Shown piece by piece: positions 10,153-19,696 of a stretch of DNA of 64,000 nucleotides (positions within the stretch are counted from its first letter, which is position 1; every line of letters starts with the position of its first letter). The notes beneath the pieces are model-generated. The model worked only from the letters and a program-made list of their open reading frames with translations, searched no databases and was not told where the DNA came from. The position numbers were made by a program, and so were the translations under genes. This stretch comes from Alphaproteobacteria bacterium (GTDB lineage: Bacteria; Pseudomonadota; Alphaproteobacteria; G965222575): contig OZ244958.1 of assembly GCA_965222575.1 (NCBI GenBank), positions 192,001-256,000 of the forward strand. Direction: 5' to 3'.

Positions 10153-10677
10153 ATGAGGACTTATGTGTGCGAGGTTCGTTCTGTGTGTCCTTCTGTTAAT
10201 TTTTCTCCCCAAGACCATGTTGTGTATCCTTGTCATGGGATAGGGGTAATCAAGGAAATAGAAAGCAAGGAAATCAGCGGTAAGAGCATCGAGTTTTTTG
10301 TCATATCGTTTCCTGAGGAGAGAATGATGTTGCGGGTGCCTGTGGATAAAGCTCAGGACAGTGGCTTGCGTCTTTTGTACTCGGTTCAAAAGTTACAAGA
10401 AGCGTTACAGATACTAAAGGGACGGGCGCGGCATCGGCAAAAGATATGGATTAAGCGGTCTCAAGAATTTGAGACGAAGATTAACTCTGGCATGCTTGAG
10501 TCGCTAGCGGAAGTGATAAGAGACCTGCATACATTGAAGGAGGCTTTGTCTTATAGCGAGCGCAAGATATACGATACAGCGCGGCAACGTTTATTACAGG
10601 AGATGATGCTGGTAAAAAATCTGAAGCAGGGGGAAGCGGAGGTAGCGCTTGATACATTATTAGAGGTATCGCGTTAA
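10153..10677 (+). CDS. carD: CarD family transcriptional regulator
   Basis: F..DHVVYPCHGIGVI, LRVPV, KINSG, AEVIRDL and SYSERKIYD. Confidence 0.93.
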   Translation: MRTYVCEVRSVCPSVNFSPQDHVVYPCHGIGVIKEIESKEISGKSIEFFVISFPEERMMLRVPVDKAQDSGLRLLYSVQKLQEALQILKGRARHRQKIWIKRSQEFETKINSGMLESLAEVIRDLHTLKEALSYSERKIYDTARQRLLQEMMLVKNLKQGEAEVALDTLLEVSR

Positions 10678-11457
10678 GGCGCAGAGTTGTTCTATGGAGA
10701 GTTCTGAGGGGCGCTGGTTTGGGGCGAGGGTTTCTTGTTGTAGGATAGTGCGTATTTTGTTGTTATCCCAAAGTGGTTTTAGGGCGTTGGAGAGGATTTT
10801 TCTTCTGTGAGCGAAAAGGAGTTTTGTGAGTTTTTCCAGTTTATGGTCTTCTGTAAGAGGAGCGCCTATAGGGATGTCTCTTGGTTTCATGGCAATGAGA
10901 GAGGAGTAGACGGTGGGAGGAGGGTTGAAGGCTTGTGGAGGGACAGAGAGGAGGAGAGTTGAGAGGAACATTTTGCGCTGTACGGCGATGGAGAGGCTTC
11001 CTCTGTGGGGAGATTTTGGTTGTGCTGTGAGTCGTTGTGCGAATTCCTGTTGTACGAGGAGGACATATTGTGCATAGGTTTTGGGTTGAGTCATCCATTT
11101 TAGGAAGAGAGGCGTCAAGAGATAATAGGGGAGATTTCCCACTAAGAGGGAGTTTGGTTTAGGGTGATGAGAGAAGGAGAGGATATCGTCATTGACGAGA
11201 GAGCACTGTGTGAGGGGGTGATGTTGGCAGAGGGTTTTAAGATTTGGCAGGAAGCGAGGGTCTTTTTCGACGAGGGTGAGGGAAGCGGGTTTTTGCTGTA
11301 AGAGGAGATGGGTAAGGGTTCCTGTACCGGGGCCTATTTCCAAGACATTTTTCCCCATTAAGGGGCCTAAAGAGGAGGAGATGATACGCAAGAAAACAGG
11401 GTCTTGCAAAAAATGTTGTCCGAGTTTTTTCAGGGGGGTAGGGGTAAGAGGGTACAC
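10660..11457 (-). CDS. rsmA: 16S rRNA adenine dimethyltransferase
   Basis: KKLGQHFL, VLEIGPGTG, GNLPY, FxPPP and FAHRRK; downstream of pdxA. GTG at 11457 is inferred as start (the ORF track extends to 11517). Confidence 0.95.
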   Translation of the reverse strand: MYPLTPTPLKKLGQHFLQDPVFLRIISSSLGPLMGKNVLEIGPGTGTLTHLLLQQKPASLTLVEKDPRFLPNLKTLCQHHPLTQCSLVNDDILSFSHHPKPNSLLVGNLPYYLLTPLFLKWMTQPKTYAQYVLLVQQEFAQRLTAQPKSPHRGSLSIAVQRKMFLSTLLLSVPPQAFNPPPTVYSSLIAMKPRDIPIGAPLTEDHKLEKLTKLLFAHRRKILSNALKPLWDNNKIRTILQQETLAPNQRPSELSIEQLCALTRYL

Positions 11458-11461
11458 GGTT

Positions 11462-12415
11462 TTATGGTGCGGAGGATGTTTGATAGAGGGCAGCAGCCTG
11501 TTTAATAGCAGCAACAAGGCTTAAAGGAGAAGCGTTCTGTTTTGGGATAATATCCTCGCCTGTTCCGTGAGCGGGAGAGGTTCTGATGAGGGGCAGATTC
11601 AAGGTAATGTTGACAGCCTGTTGTAGGTCTAAGGTTTTGATGGGGATGAAGGCTTGGTCATGATAGAGGCATAAGAAGAGGTGGAAGAGGTGTCTGCGTT
11701 TTTTGATAAAGAGGGTGTCAGGCGGAAAAGGCCCATGAATATTGAGTCCTTTTTTCCGGAGGGCATTGATGGCTGGTTTGATGATGAGGGGTTCTTCTTG
11801 TCCGAAGAGTCCATTTTCGGAAGCGTGGGGATTTAATCCTGCAACGGCTATGGCGGGGTTCTGTAGTCGAAATTGTTTTGAGAGGATGGTATGGAGAGTG
11901 GTTGCAGTTTTTATGATGAGGTGTTGAGAAAGGGTTGAGGGAACAGCGCTCAGAGGGATGTGTCTGGTAAGAGGGACAACGCGCAGGTATTGGTTAAGAA
12001 GCATCATAATGGGGTCTTGAGACCGGGAGAGGTGCGCAAGAAATTCCGTGTGTCCCGGCCATTGGAAGCCGTGCTGATGGAGAAGAGTTTTTGAAATAGG
12101 ATTGGTCACCATGGCTGCCACCCTTTTTTTCTGACAAAAGGAGAACGCTATTTTGATGGACTCTATGGTAGCAGCAGGGCCGGTCTCCTTAAGAGGCCAA
12201 ATGGGAAGGGATGAGGGGAAAATCTCTTGGGCTTGCTCTGGTTGAGAAATTGTCGTGAACGGCACATGGTGTTGTGCCGCTAGAGGATAGAGAAAATCTG
12301 GGTTCTCAATAACGAAAAAGGGGAAAGGAGAGGTTTTGAGAATTTTCCACGCTTGTAGAGTGAGATGAGGAGCAATACTGGTTTCTTCCCCTCTTGTAAG
12401 TGCTAGTATCATCAC
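11462..12415 (-). CDS. pdxA: 4-hydroxythreonine-4-phosphate dehydrogenase
   Basis: VTNPISK, PGHTEFLA, AGLNPHA, YHDQ and IRTSPAHGT; surA-pdxA-rsmA order. Confidence 0.95.
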   Translation of the reverse strand: MMILALTRGEETSIAPHLTLQAWKILKTSPFPFFVIENPDFLYPLAAQHHVPFTTISQPEQAQEIFPSSLPIWPLKETGPAATIESIKIAFSFCQKKRVAAMVTNPISKTLLHQHGFQWPGHTEFLAHLSRSQDPIMMLLNQYLRVVPLTRHIPLSAVPSTLSQHLIIKTATTLHTILSKQFRLQNPAIAVAGLNPHASENGLFGQEEPLIIKPAINALRKKGLNIHGPFPPDTLFIKKRRHLFHLFLCLYHDQAFIPIKTLDLQQAVNITLNLPLIRTSPAHGTGEDIIPKQNASPLSLVAAIKQAAALYQTSSAP

Positions 12416-12620
12416 TAATTCCTTTGTGGGATTGATACCGCTTCCTTTCCTGTAAGCACTGGTATCATCGCTAATTCCTTTGTGAGATTACTACCGTTTC
12501 CTTTCTTGTAAACACCTCGTATCATCGCTAATTCCTTTGTGGGATTGATACCGCTTCCTTTCTGTAAGCACTAGTATCATCGCTAATTCCTTTCTTGTAA
12601 ACACCTATACCTCGTATCCA
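12394..12620. repeat. Imperfect tandem repeat, ~4 copies of 55-57 bp, containing the pdxA RBS and first codons
   Basis: GTATCATC(A/G)CTAATTCCTTT recurs at 12406, 12462, 12519 and 12574. Confidence 0.93.
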
Positions 12621-12686
12621 TAGCCTCCCCCACGCCTTTTTTTTGTGGGGTTCACGTTATTTCTCCTTCTATAAGAGCGAGTGGTA

Positions 12687-13937
12687 TCAGGGGGAGGAGG
12701 GGAGGTCTTTGAGGAGGATGGTGGCTTTTCGGTACAGGTTTTGCACATAAAGAGCGCTTTCTGTAAGGGTTTTTTGACTAATAATCCGATTTTTAATGTT
12801 TTGTCGGAGGACTGGGTCTGAGGTTTGGCATAGGGCTAAGAGGAAGATGACACCTTGTTGTGTATTGTGTTCTTCAAGTGGAGTCCCTGCAGGATAGGAC
12901 TGGAAAAATTCGCGTTGTTCCAGTGTGAGGTCTTCTAGGGAGACATTTTCTCGTGTAGTATTGAGATGAGGAAGGTCTGGCATTCTGCAGTTTTTCAAGT
13001 CTTTGAGGATATTGTTTTTGAGTTTTGCGTCAATGGTATTTTCTGCCTGCACGGTAAGGAGAGAGAAGAAAAGTTGATGAGCTGGTTGTTTTTCATAGAG
13101 TTTGAGGATATAAAAGCCATCTTGCAGTCGGAGGTATCGGACTTCGTTTATCTTCATATTTTCCACAACATCGCTTGCGTGTTGAGAGAGAGCATCCAGT
13201 GATAAAAGGCCTAATCGTCCGCCTACAGAAGCGGAAGGGGCACGACTGAACTGTCTTGCGAAGGTTGGAAATTTTTCTGGTTCAACTTTAATAATTGCGA
13301 CAATTTGCTCAATAAAGTCAATGACCTCTTTGGTATAGGCTGGGTCAGCCAAAGGGATAAAAATTTCGCCAATATCGAACAAGCCGGCTTTTTGTTTTTC
13401 GTGTACTACCTTTTCCCATTCGGTGATTTCCTCTTCAGAGACTTTCTGAAAACGGCTAATGGCGTGATATTGCACATATTGCCAAGACAGTTCGGCCTGC
13501 ATTTGCGCCTGCAGTGCGGCTACAGGCAACCCTTGATTTTCAAGGGCTTCATAAGTATTTTCCTCTCCTTGCGTCACAAAGGAGCGCTGCACTGCCCAGT
13601 TCTTAATAGCCCCTTCAATCTCTGTATCAGCAACATGAAAGTCTTTACCAAATAGGTGTTTTGCCTCCTGTAAATAAAGCCTTTCATAGAGCAAAGCCTC
13701 CAAGGCGCGTTGTTGCATAATGTCCAATATTTCCTGTGTTTGTTCAATATCGGATAAAAACAACAGAAGCTTAAGGCGTTGTTCCACATCATAGGAAGAC
13801 ACAATTTCATCATTAACCAATGCGATAATATAATGTTTTCTCTGGCTATCCTGAGGCTGGTTAAGCGGTACGCTGTCCTCTCCTGGACTTTGCCCTTGTG
13901 CTAAAAGAAAAATCAAGACAATAAAACCCCATTTCAT
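12687..13937 (-). CDS. surA: SurA-like peptidyl-prolyl isomerase/chaperone
   Basis: Signal peptide, IALVNDEIVSSYDVEQR and parvulin motif FARQFSxAPSASVGGRLG; lies between lptD and pdxA. Confidence 0.88.
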   Translation of the reverse strand: MKWGFIVLIFLLAQGQSPGEDSVPLNQPQDSQRKHYIIALVNDEIVSSYDVEQRLKLLLFLSDIEQTQEILDIMQQRALEALLYERLYLQEAKHLFGKDFHVADTEIEGAIKNWAVQRSFVTQGEENTYEALENQGLPVAALQAQMQAELSWQYVQYHAISRFQKVSEEEITEWEKVVHEKQKAGLFDIGEIFIPLADPAYTKEVIDFIEQIVAIIKVEPEKFPTFARQFSRAPSASVGGRLGLLSLDALSQHASDVVENMKINEVRYLRLQDGFYILKLYEKQPAHQLFFSLLTVQAENTIDAKLKNNILKDLKNCRMPDLPHLNTTRENVSLEDLTLEQREFFQSYPAGTPLEEHNTQQGVIFLLALCQTSDPVLRQNIKNRIISQKTLTESALYVQNLYRKATILLKDLPSSP

Positions 13938-13952
13938 GTTCAGCTACCTCCC

Positions 13953-16043
13953 TTAAAAAAATTTTGGTCTTATGGACAATTGAAAATTCATTCCTTTGTT
14001 GCGTTGGTAGAGATCACCTTGTTTATAGGTTACCTTCATTTGGAAGAGAAGACAATTCTGAAGGAGAAAAAGTCCTACTGTCCACCGTTTGCCGGTTTCA
14101 TGGGCTTTATCTTGAGCGAAGGCCAAGGAAAGGGAGAAGGTCTTTGAGACATCATATTGTGAGGTGAGGGTGAAGGACTGAAGATTGTGTGTCCACAGAG
14201 CGAGTGTTGTGTGAGAGAGAAAGGCGTGTTGGGCTGTAATTTTGTATTGTTCCATATTGAGGGTAGCATGATGGAGACCGCGCAGGAGTTGTCCTTGTGT
14301 TGTGAGCATCACTTCGGATTCTAAGGAGAGCACAGGAGAGGCGGTGAGGGCGGTATTAAAGAGGAGGTGGTTTTTTGGGGTATTGCCTTGTGTTTTGAGG
14401 GTTGTGACCAGTGCGGCGGAAGCGTTGAAGTGTTGAGGTTTGTGGAAATTAAGAGCATATTGCAGTGTATTGTTTCTTAAGTCTCCGTTGAGATAGGATT
14501 CTAAGGAGAGCAGTCTTGGGGTATCGACTGCGTGTAGGATTTTGTGTTGTCTTGCCAAGTTTTGAGGGGGTGTTGAAGAGAGGAAGAGGTGGATTTGAGG
14601 GGAGAGAATCCAGTGAGAGCGTTTCTCTAGGAGAGGCATGGAGAGGGATTGCAAGAGTGCGGCGAAGATTTTTGTATGGGATTCGCTATGGAGGAATTTT
14701 GTTGCGATTTTTGTAGTGTGTACAAAGGGCCCTTGGATTTGTTGTCGGCTCCAACGGAGAGTTCCTGTGAGTTCACGGAGGGGTGGTGTGGAGGTATTGA
14801 CTCGTTGATAGGAGGAGTTGAGGGTAGCATTGAGATATCCTTTTAGGAGGGGGCGTATTGTGTTGTATTGGTAGAGCAGGAGAAAGGGTGTGGAGGAGGG
14901 GAAGAGGTGAGGATTTTTGCGTAAGTCTTGGAATGAAGAGAGGGAGAGGGTGTGTGAGGAGGTGTTGGTGTTGGTGTTGACTTGAAGGAAGCTTGTGAGC
15001 ATACGGGCGGTTTCATCAAAGAGGAAGTCTTCTAAATAGTCTTTATGAGAAACTTTATACAGCTGCCATTTATAAGAGAGGGTTGGTTGGAGGGAAAAGT
15101 TTCCTTGAGATTTTATGTGGTGGCGGAATTGGTTATTGGGTCGCGCACCAAAGGTCTTAAAATCGTTTTGTTGTTGTCTAACGGGGGCGAGGGTTGAGGT
15201 TAGTGTGGTCTGTGTTGAACCATGTGGAAAGCGTTTACGGGCTTCAATTTCTATGAGGGGTGCTCTTGGAGAGAGCCACGGAATCACTGTGAGGTCTTTT
15301 GATGGAGAAAGAGCCACATAATAGGGTATGCCTAGCATGAATTGAACATAAGGGGAGCGTTTGACATGAGGGGGCAAGACGCCAGTTGCGCCTCTCCCTT
15401 TGAGACGTGTGAAGTTAGGCACGCGTATTGTGGGCTTACTAAAGAGTGTGATTGGCCAGTTGAGAAAGCGTGCTTGTAGTTTATGGAAGGTGAAATGGGT
15501 ATGATCTTGCGTGAGTTTTTGTGCTGTGATTTGCCATACTACCTGTCCATTATCCTTACAGCAAGCGAAAATGATATCACGTGCGCTTAGTGTCCGATTT
15601 TCGACGGTGAGGGATTCTAGGAAGAGTTTTCTATTGTTCGTGAAGAGTTTAATAGCCCCTGTGCGCAAGGACTTGTTCTTTTGGTCCCAATACAGGGGGT
15701 CTTCTGTTTCAAGAGACACTGTTGCACCGAGAAGAGACCGTGTTTGTAGGCGCAAGGGGAGCAGAAGATGAAGGGCATTGAGTTCCAAAGTCGTCTTTCC
15801 ATGGGTGGAGAGAAGCGCCTTTTCTTGATGGACAGTGAGTTCATCAGTAAAGAGATTGAAAAATTTGTAAGAAATACGGACATTGCCTCTGAGAATGAGA
15901 AGATTGTTATCTTCTTCTAAAAGGACTTGGTTGGATTTGACATCGGCTTGTTTGAAAAACTGATTGAAGAAGTTGCTTTTTTGACCATAGGACTGGTTTG
16001 GCAACAAGAGCAGAATAAGCGCTAAGAAAAGAGGCCTGTACAT
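13953..16043 (-). CDS. lptD: LPS-assembly outer membrane protein LptD (highly divergent)
   Basis: OstA-like N-terminus (GNVRI, WQITA), TGVLPP..IPYYVALSPSKDLTVIP and C-terminal NC...F; lptF-lptG-lptD-surA synteny. Confidence 0.8.
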   Translation of the reverse strand: MYRPLFLALILLLLPNQSYGQKSNFFNQFFKQADVKSNQVLLEEDNNLLILRGNVRISYKFFNLFTDELTVHQEKALLSTHGKTTLELNALHLLLPLRLQTRSLLGATVSLETEDPLYWDQKNKSLRTGAIKLFTNNRKLFLESLTVENRTLSARDIIFACCKDNGQVVWQITAQKLTQDHTHFTFHKLQARFLNWPITLFSKPTIRVPNFTRLKGRGATGVLPPHVKRSPYVQFMLGIPYYVALSPSKDLTVIPWLSPRAPLIEIEARKRFPHGSTQTTLTSTLAPVRQQQNDFKTFGARPNNQFRHHIKSQGNFSLQPTLSYKWQLYKVSHKDYLEDFLFDETARMLTSFLQVNTNTNTSSHTLSLSSFQDLRKNPHLFPSSTPFLLLYQYNTIRPLLKGYLNATLNSSYQRVNTSTPPLRELTGTLRWSRQQIQGPFVHTTKIATKFLHSESHTKIFAALLQSLSMPLLEKRSHWILSPQIHLFLSSTPPQNLARQHKILHAVDTPRLLSLESYLNGDLRNNTLQYALNFHKPQHFNASAALVTTLKTQGNTPKNHLLFNTALTASPVLSLESEVMLTTQGQLLRGLHHATLNMEQYKITAQHAFLSHTTLALWTHNLQSFTLTSQYDVSKTFSLSLAFAQDKAHETGKRWTVGLFLLQNCLLFQMKVTYKQGDLYQRNKGMNFQLSIRPKFF

Positions 16044-16046
16044 AGT

Positions 16047-17171
16047 TTATGCGCTAGAAGGAGGTACTGATTTAGGGGGAGAAAAGAGGCAATAGAGGGC
16101 AAACAAGAAGATAAGAGCAGAAGGCATGATAGCAGCAACGAGAGGCGGAACATACCCATTAACGCCTAAGGTACGACTGAAGAGTTGTATGCTATATAAA
16201 AAGACGCCGCCTAGGAAGCAGTTTAATAATTGAAGCGGGGAGTTTTTTTTCGTAAGAGGTAAGGCAAGAACACAAGCTAAGAAGACCATAACGGAAGCGA
16301 AGAGAGGCTGTAGAAGTTCTATGATGAGGAAGGTTCTGTTGGCTTTATCTTCAATGCCAATGGAGTTGCGGTATTGGAGGAAGCGCAGGTTTTCGGTAAG
16401 GGAGAAGTCGCCCGGGTCAACGAGTCTATGATCTAGGATAACAGCAAGTGTGATAGAGGGGGTTAGGTTTAAGGTATGAAATTTTTTGATAGCGTCTTGT
16501 TGTTGTTCTGTGAAGTGGGCTTGGAATCCATCAGTTAAGACCCATTGTTGGTTGGTTAAAGAAATGTGATTGGCTTGGATATGTTGGAGTATTTTGCGTT
16601 GTTGATTGAAGACCACAATGAAGACGGTCTGAGCGGTGAGTTTATTCTGATGGATTCTGGAAGGATTTTGAAGGAAGACGACGCGTCTTAAAGAGGAGTT
16701 GATGCGTTCTTCAAAAACGAGTCTCTTGACGAAGGCGGTAGGAGATGGCGGGTCATTGTGCAAGTTTTTTTTTCGTATTTCATAGGCTTTGTAGAGCAAG
16801 GGCCAAGAGATAGGGTTTGCTGCGGTTACAAAGCAATTGAACAGGAAGGCGATGGCAACGAAGGTTAAGAGGAGGAGGTGATAGGGGATACCGCAAGCTT
16901 CCATGCCTAAGATTTGGTTTGTGTCTTTGAGTTTTCTCACGGAGATAAAAGCGGTGATAAAGAAGATGAAGGGCGTGATGGAGGAGAGGATTTTGGGGGT
17001 ACGCATCAGGGCCATTGGGAGGACTGTGTGAATTGCTTCCGGGTTAAATTTCGTTGCTTGAGAGAGGAGTTGGAAGACATCAATAAAGAGGATGAACGCG
17101 AAGAAGATGGAGAAAATCAAGAGCAGGTCTTTCAGGAACTGTTGGCTCCACAATAGGACAATACGTGGCAT
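16047..17171 (-). CDS. lptG: LptF/LptG family permease (LptG)
   Basis: 3+3 TM helices flanking a periplasmic domain; LGVNGYVPPLVAA C-terminus; synteny. Confidence 0.82.
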   Translation of the reverse strand: MPRIVLLWSQQFLKDLLLIFSIFFAFILFIDVFQLLSQATKFNPEAIHTVLPMALMRTPKILSSITPFIFFITAFISVRKLKDTNQILGMEACGIPYHLLLLTFVAIAFLFNCFVTAANPISWPLLYKAYEIRKKNLHNDPPSPTAFVKRLVFEERINSSLRRVVFLQNPSRIHQNKLTAQTVFIVVFNQQRKILQHIQANHISLTNQQWVLTDGFQAHFTEQQQDAIKKFHTLNLTPSITLAVILDHRLVDPGDFSLTENLRFLQYRNSIGIEDKANRTFLIIELLQPLFASVMVFLACVLALPLTKKNSPLQLLNCFLGGVFLYSIQLFSRTLGVNGYVPPLVAAIMPSALIFLFALYCLFSPPKSVPPSSA

Positions 17172-18292
17172 TATGGTAGACGTTGTATGGTATGAATATT
17201 TTTCAGTAAGAGCCGCAAGAGCAGCACCGCTCCATAAGCAATAGTCACACCATAGAGCGGTAGTATCATAGAGGGGGTTGCGATTAAGACGGAGAGAACA
17301 TTATAAGCGACGACAAGTCCTAGGGCCTCTATAGCAGTTTTGAAGAGGGCGAAGAAGAGGTTTTGTGTTTGTCTATTGAGGTGTCTAAATCGGATGCACT
17401 GTAAGATTGTTATGAGTCCGATGAAGAGGACGAAAAGGGCTTGCAGGAAGCGATTATGAAGATCGGTAACGGCAGGGATGAGGTGTGGTTGTGGTTTCAA
17501 GAGGCTTGGGATACTGAGGGCATTGGTTTTCCATAAGGTGGGAGCGGACTGAAAGCTTACCAGCACAGGCGGAGGTGGCAGGGTTAGGAAGGAAGAAATA
17601 TCCATTGTATGGCGTTGAAAATGGAAGGAGCCGATTTGCTGTTTTTGTTGATTTAAGTATTGGATTTGTCCATTTTCCATTAAGAAAAGGATTTGTCCGT
17701 TTTCTCTAAATTGCACGATACCCCGTTGACAAGAGATGAGGAGTTGGAGAGCGTTACGATATTCCAACATGACATCTTGGAAGAGGCTATAGGTTTCGTA
17801 ATGTTTTTGTTGTCCGACTCTGAGGCGCACATTTTGGTTGAGGAGTTGGAAAGTATCTTCTTGCAAGCGCAACATGTTGGTAGAAAACGTGCTAGGGTTT
17901 TTGAGGGTATAAAGTGATTTTTCTGCTATGGGTTTGAGGAAGAAATTGTTCAGCAGGACAGAGAGTGAGATAAAGAGGACAAAGACGATTGCTGGGTTGA
18001 AGAGTTGGAATTTTGAGATTCCTATAGCGTGACAAGCGGTGCGTTCGGAGGATTTTTCTAATTGGATATGGAAGGTGAGCAACCCGACGAGCAAGGCGAA
18101 GGCGGCAATGAAGTGATAGAAAATTGAAAGGACAAAAAAAGTGGAGAGGAACGCTAGGAAGATATGCTGGGCATTAAAGAGGAAATCCAGATAAGCGCTG
18201 AGGTGGACGAACCAGATGAGGGAACCGAAAACAGTTGCAACGAAGAGGAAGCCTAAAAGGATTCCTTTGAAAAGATAGAGCTTTAAGGTCAT
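17171..18292 (-). CDS. lptF: LptF/LptG family permease (LptF)
   Basis: TM pattern and SSERTACHAIGIS (SE..a..aiG.S motif). ATG at 18292 overlaps the upstream stop. Confidence 0.78.
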   Translation of the reverse strand: MTLKLYLFKGILLGFLFVATVFGSLIWFVHLSAYLDFLFNAQHIFLAFLSTFFVLSIFYHFIAAFALLVGLLTFHIQLEKSSERTACHAIGISKFQLFNPAIVFVLFISLSVLLNNFFLKPIAEKSLYTLKNPSTFSTNMLRLQEDTFQLLNQNVRLRVGQQKHYETYSLFQDVMLEYRNALQLLISCQRGIVQFRENGQILFLMENGQIQYLNQQKQQIGSFHFQRHTMDISSFLTLPPPPVLVSFQSAPTLWKTNALSIPSLLKPQPHLIPAVTDLHNRFLQALFVLFIGLITILQCIRFRHLNRQTQNLFFALFKTAIEALGLVVAYNVLSVLIATPSMILPLYGVTIAYGAVLLLRLLLKNIHTIQRLP

Positions 18293-18744
18293 GCTGTGGG
18301 AAGAGGAGAATACAGTGTGTGGGCTCTTTTGAGGAAGGCTTGAAAGATATCTTGACTGACTGTTGGGAATTGTTTTTTGAAGAGTGGGGTGAGAGGAGAA
18401 GGCAAGATATTCATGCTGAGGTGGAAGGAGAGATGGGAGGAAGAATTGCTTTTTAGAAAATGCCACTTAGCATGGAAAGAAGCAACGAAGGGTTTTTCTC
18501 CTTTGATGTGGATGGTGGAGGTATTGTCATCACAGGTGACGGTTGATTGATAGGTTGTGCTTATTGCACCTAAGTTGAGATGGACACGTGCAATGAAGGT
18601 ATGGTCATTGACTATTTTTAAGATACGTACCTGTTGGCATTGAGGGAGGAAGGAAGGATATTGCTCAACATCTTTCACCATTTTCATTAAGCTGTGGGCG
18701 TGATAGGGTAAAGAATGCGTGGCGTTAAAGTTTAGTGTTGCCAT
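18289..18744 (-). CDS. RatA/Coq10 family START-domain protein
   Basis: LPY....[16 protein letters not shown] motif; typical position after lipA. Confidence 0.88.
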   Translation of the reverse strand: MATLNFNATHSLPYHAHSLMKMVKDVEQYPSFLPQCQQVRILKIVNDHTFIARVHLNLGAISTTYQSTVTCDDNTSTIHIKGEKPFVASFHAKWHFLKSNSSSHLSFHLSMNILPSPLTPLFKKQFPTVSQDIFQAFLKRAHTLYSPLPTA

Positions 18745-19684
18745 GTTGTGCGCGGCGGCGTTTTTTCCTTAGGGTGAAGAAATCTTCATCAGCATGGTAG
18801 GAGGATCGCGTGAGAGGGGAAGAGGCTACCATAAGGAATCCTTTGCCGTAAGCCATGGTTTTGAGTTTTTCGAAGGTTTGAGGTTCGATGAAAGCGTGGA
18901 GTGGGTAATGGTTAGGGGTTGGTTGTAGGTACTGTCCTATGGTGAGGAAATCCACCTGAGCGGCTCTTAGGTCATCCATGACTTGTAGGATTTCTGTTTC
19001 TGTTTCACCGAGCCCGACCATGAGGCCTGATTTTGTAAAGAGGTCTTGGTTTTGAGCTTTAGCAGTATCGAGGAGTTTGAGTGAAGTAAAGTACCGTGCA
19101 CCCGGCCTTACAGCTTTATAGAGTCTAGGGACAGTTTCAAGGTTATGATTAAAGACATCAGGTTTCGCGCGAAAGATAATGTCAGGGGCTGAGTCTTTGC
19201 GCAAGAAATCCGGTGTCAAAACTTCAATAGTTGTCTGAGGGCATAGTTTACGGATAGCAAGGATAGTTTGAGCGAAATGTTGTGCGCCGCCGTCAGGGAG
19301 GTCATCTCTGTCAACGGAGGTGATGACTACATGCTTAAGGTTGAGTTTTTGTACAGCCCCAGCAACACTATAAGGTTCCATAGGGTTAAGAGGTTTAGGG
19401 ATACCGGTCTTGACATTACAGAAGGAGCAAGCTCTTGTACAAGTAGAGCCCATAATCATCATAGTCACATGCTGTTTTCCCCAACATTCTCCGATATTAG
19501 GGCAAGAGGCTTCTTGGCAAACGGTATGTAGTCCTAGACTTTGGACGATGGTAAGGGTGTCATGATACTGTTTGTTATTAGGAGACTTGACGCGTATCCA
19601 AGGCGGTTTTTTTAGCAAAGGCTTGTGTGACAGAGGAGTTTGCTTCTCTGGGTGTCTGAGGTGGGGATTTTGAGAGGGTCTCAT
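18725..19684 (-). CDS. lipA: Lipoyl synthase
   Basis: [20 protein letters not shown] and RSSYHA motifs. Confidence 0.98.
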   Translation of the reverse strand: MRPSQNPHLRHPEKQTPLSHKPLLKKPPWIRVKSPNNKQYHDTLTIVQSLGLHTVCQEASCPNIGECWGKQHVTMMIMGSTCTRACSFCNVKTGIPKPLNPMEPYSVAGAVQKLNLKHVVITSVDRDDLPDGGAQHFAQTILAIRKLCPQTTIEVLTPDFLRKDSAPDIIFRAKPDVFNHNLETVPRLYKAVRPGARYFTSLKLLDTAKAQNQDLFTKSGLMVGLGETETEILQVMDDLRAAQVDFLTIGQYLQPTPNHYPLHAFIEPQTFEKLKTMAYGKGFLMVASSPLTRSSYHADEDFFTLRKKRRRAQHGNTKL

Positions 19685-19696
19685 GGTATTGGAGTT

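Noticed and set aside
12394-12620. CRISPR array or iterons
   Set aside because: The inter-core segments are homologous to each other and the unit contains the pdxA start, so this is a tandem duplication.
18289-18744. Toxin-antitoxin module (RatA)
   Set aside because: There is no partner gene. In alphaproteobacteria this START-domain gene beside lipA is the Coq10-like housekeeping protein.
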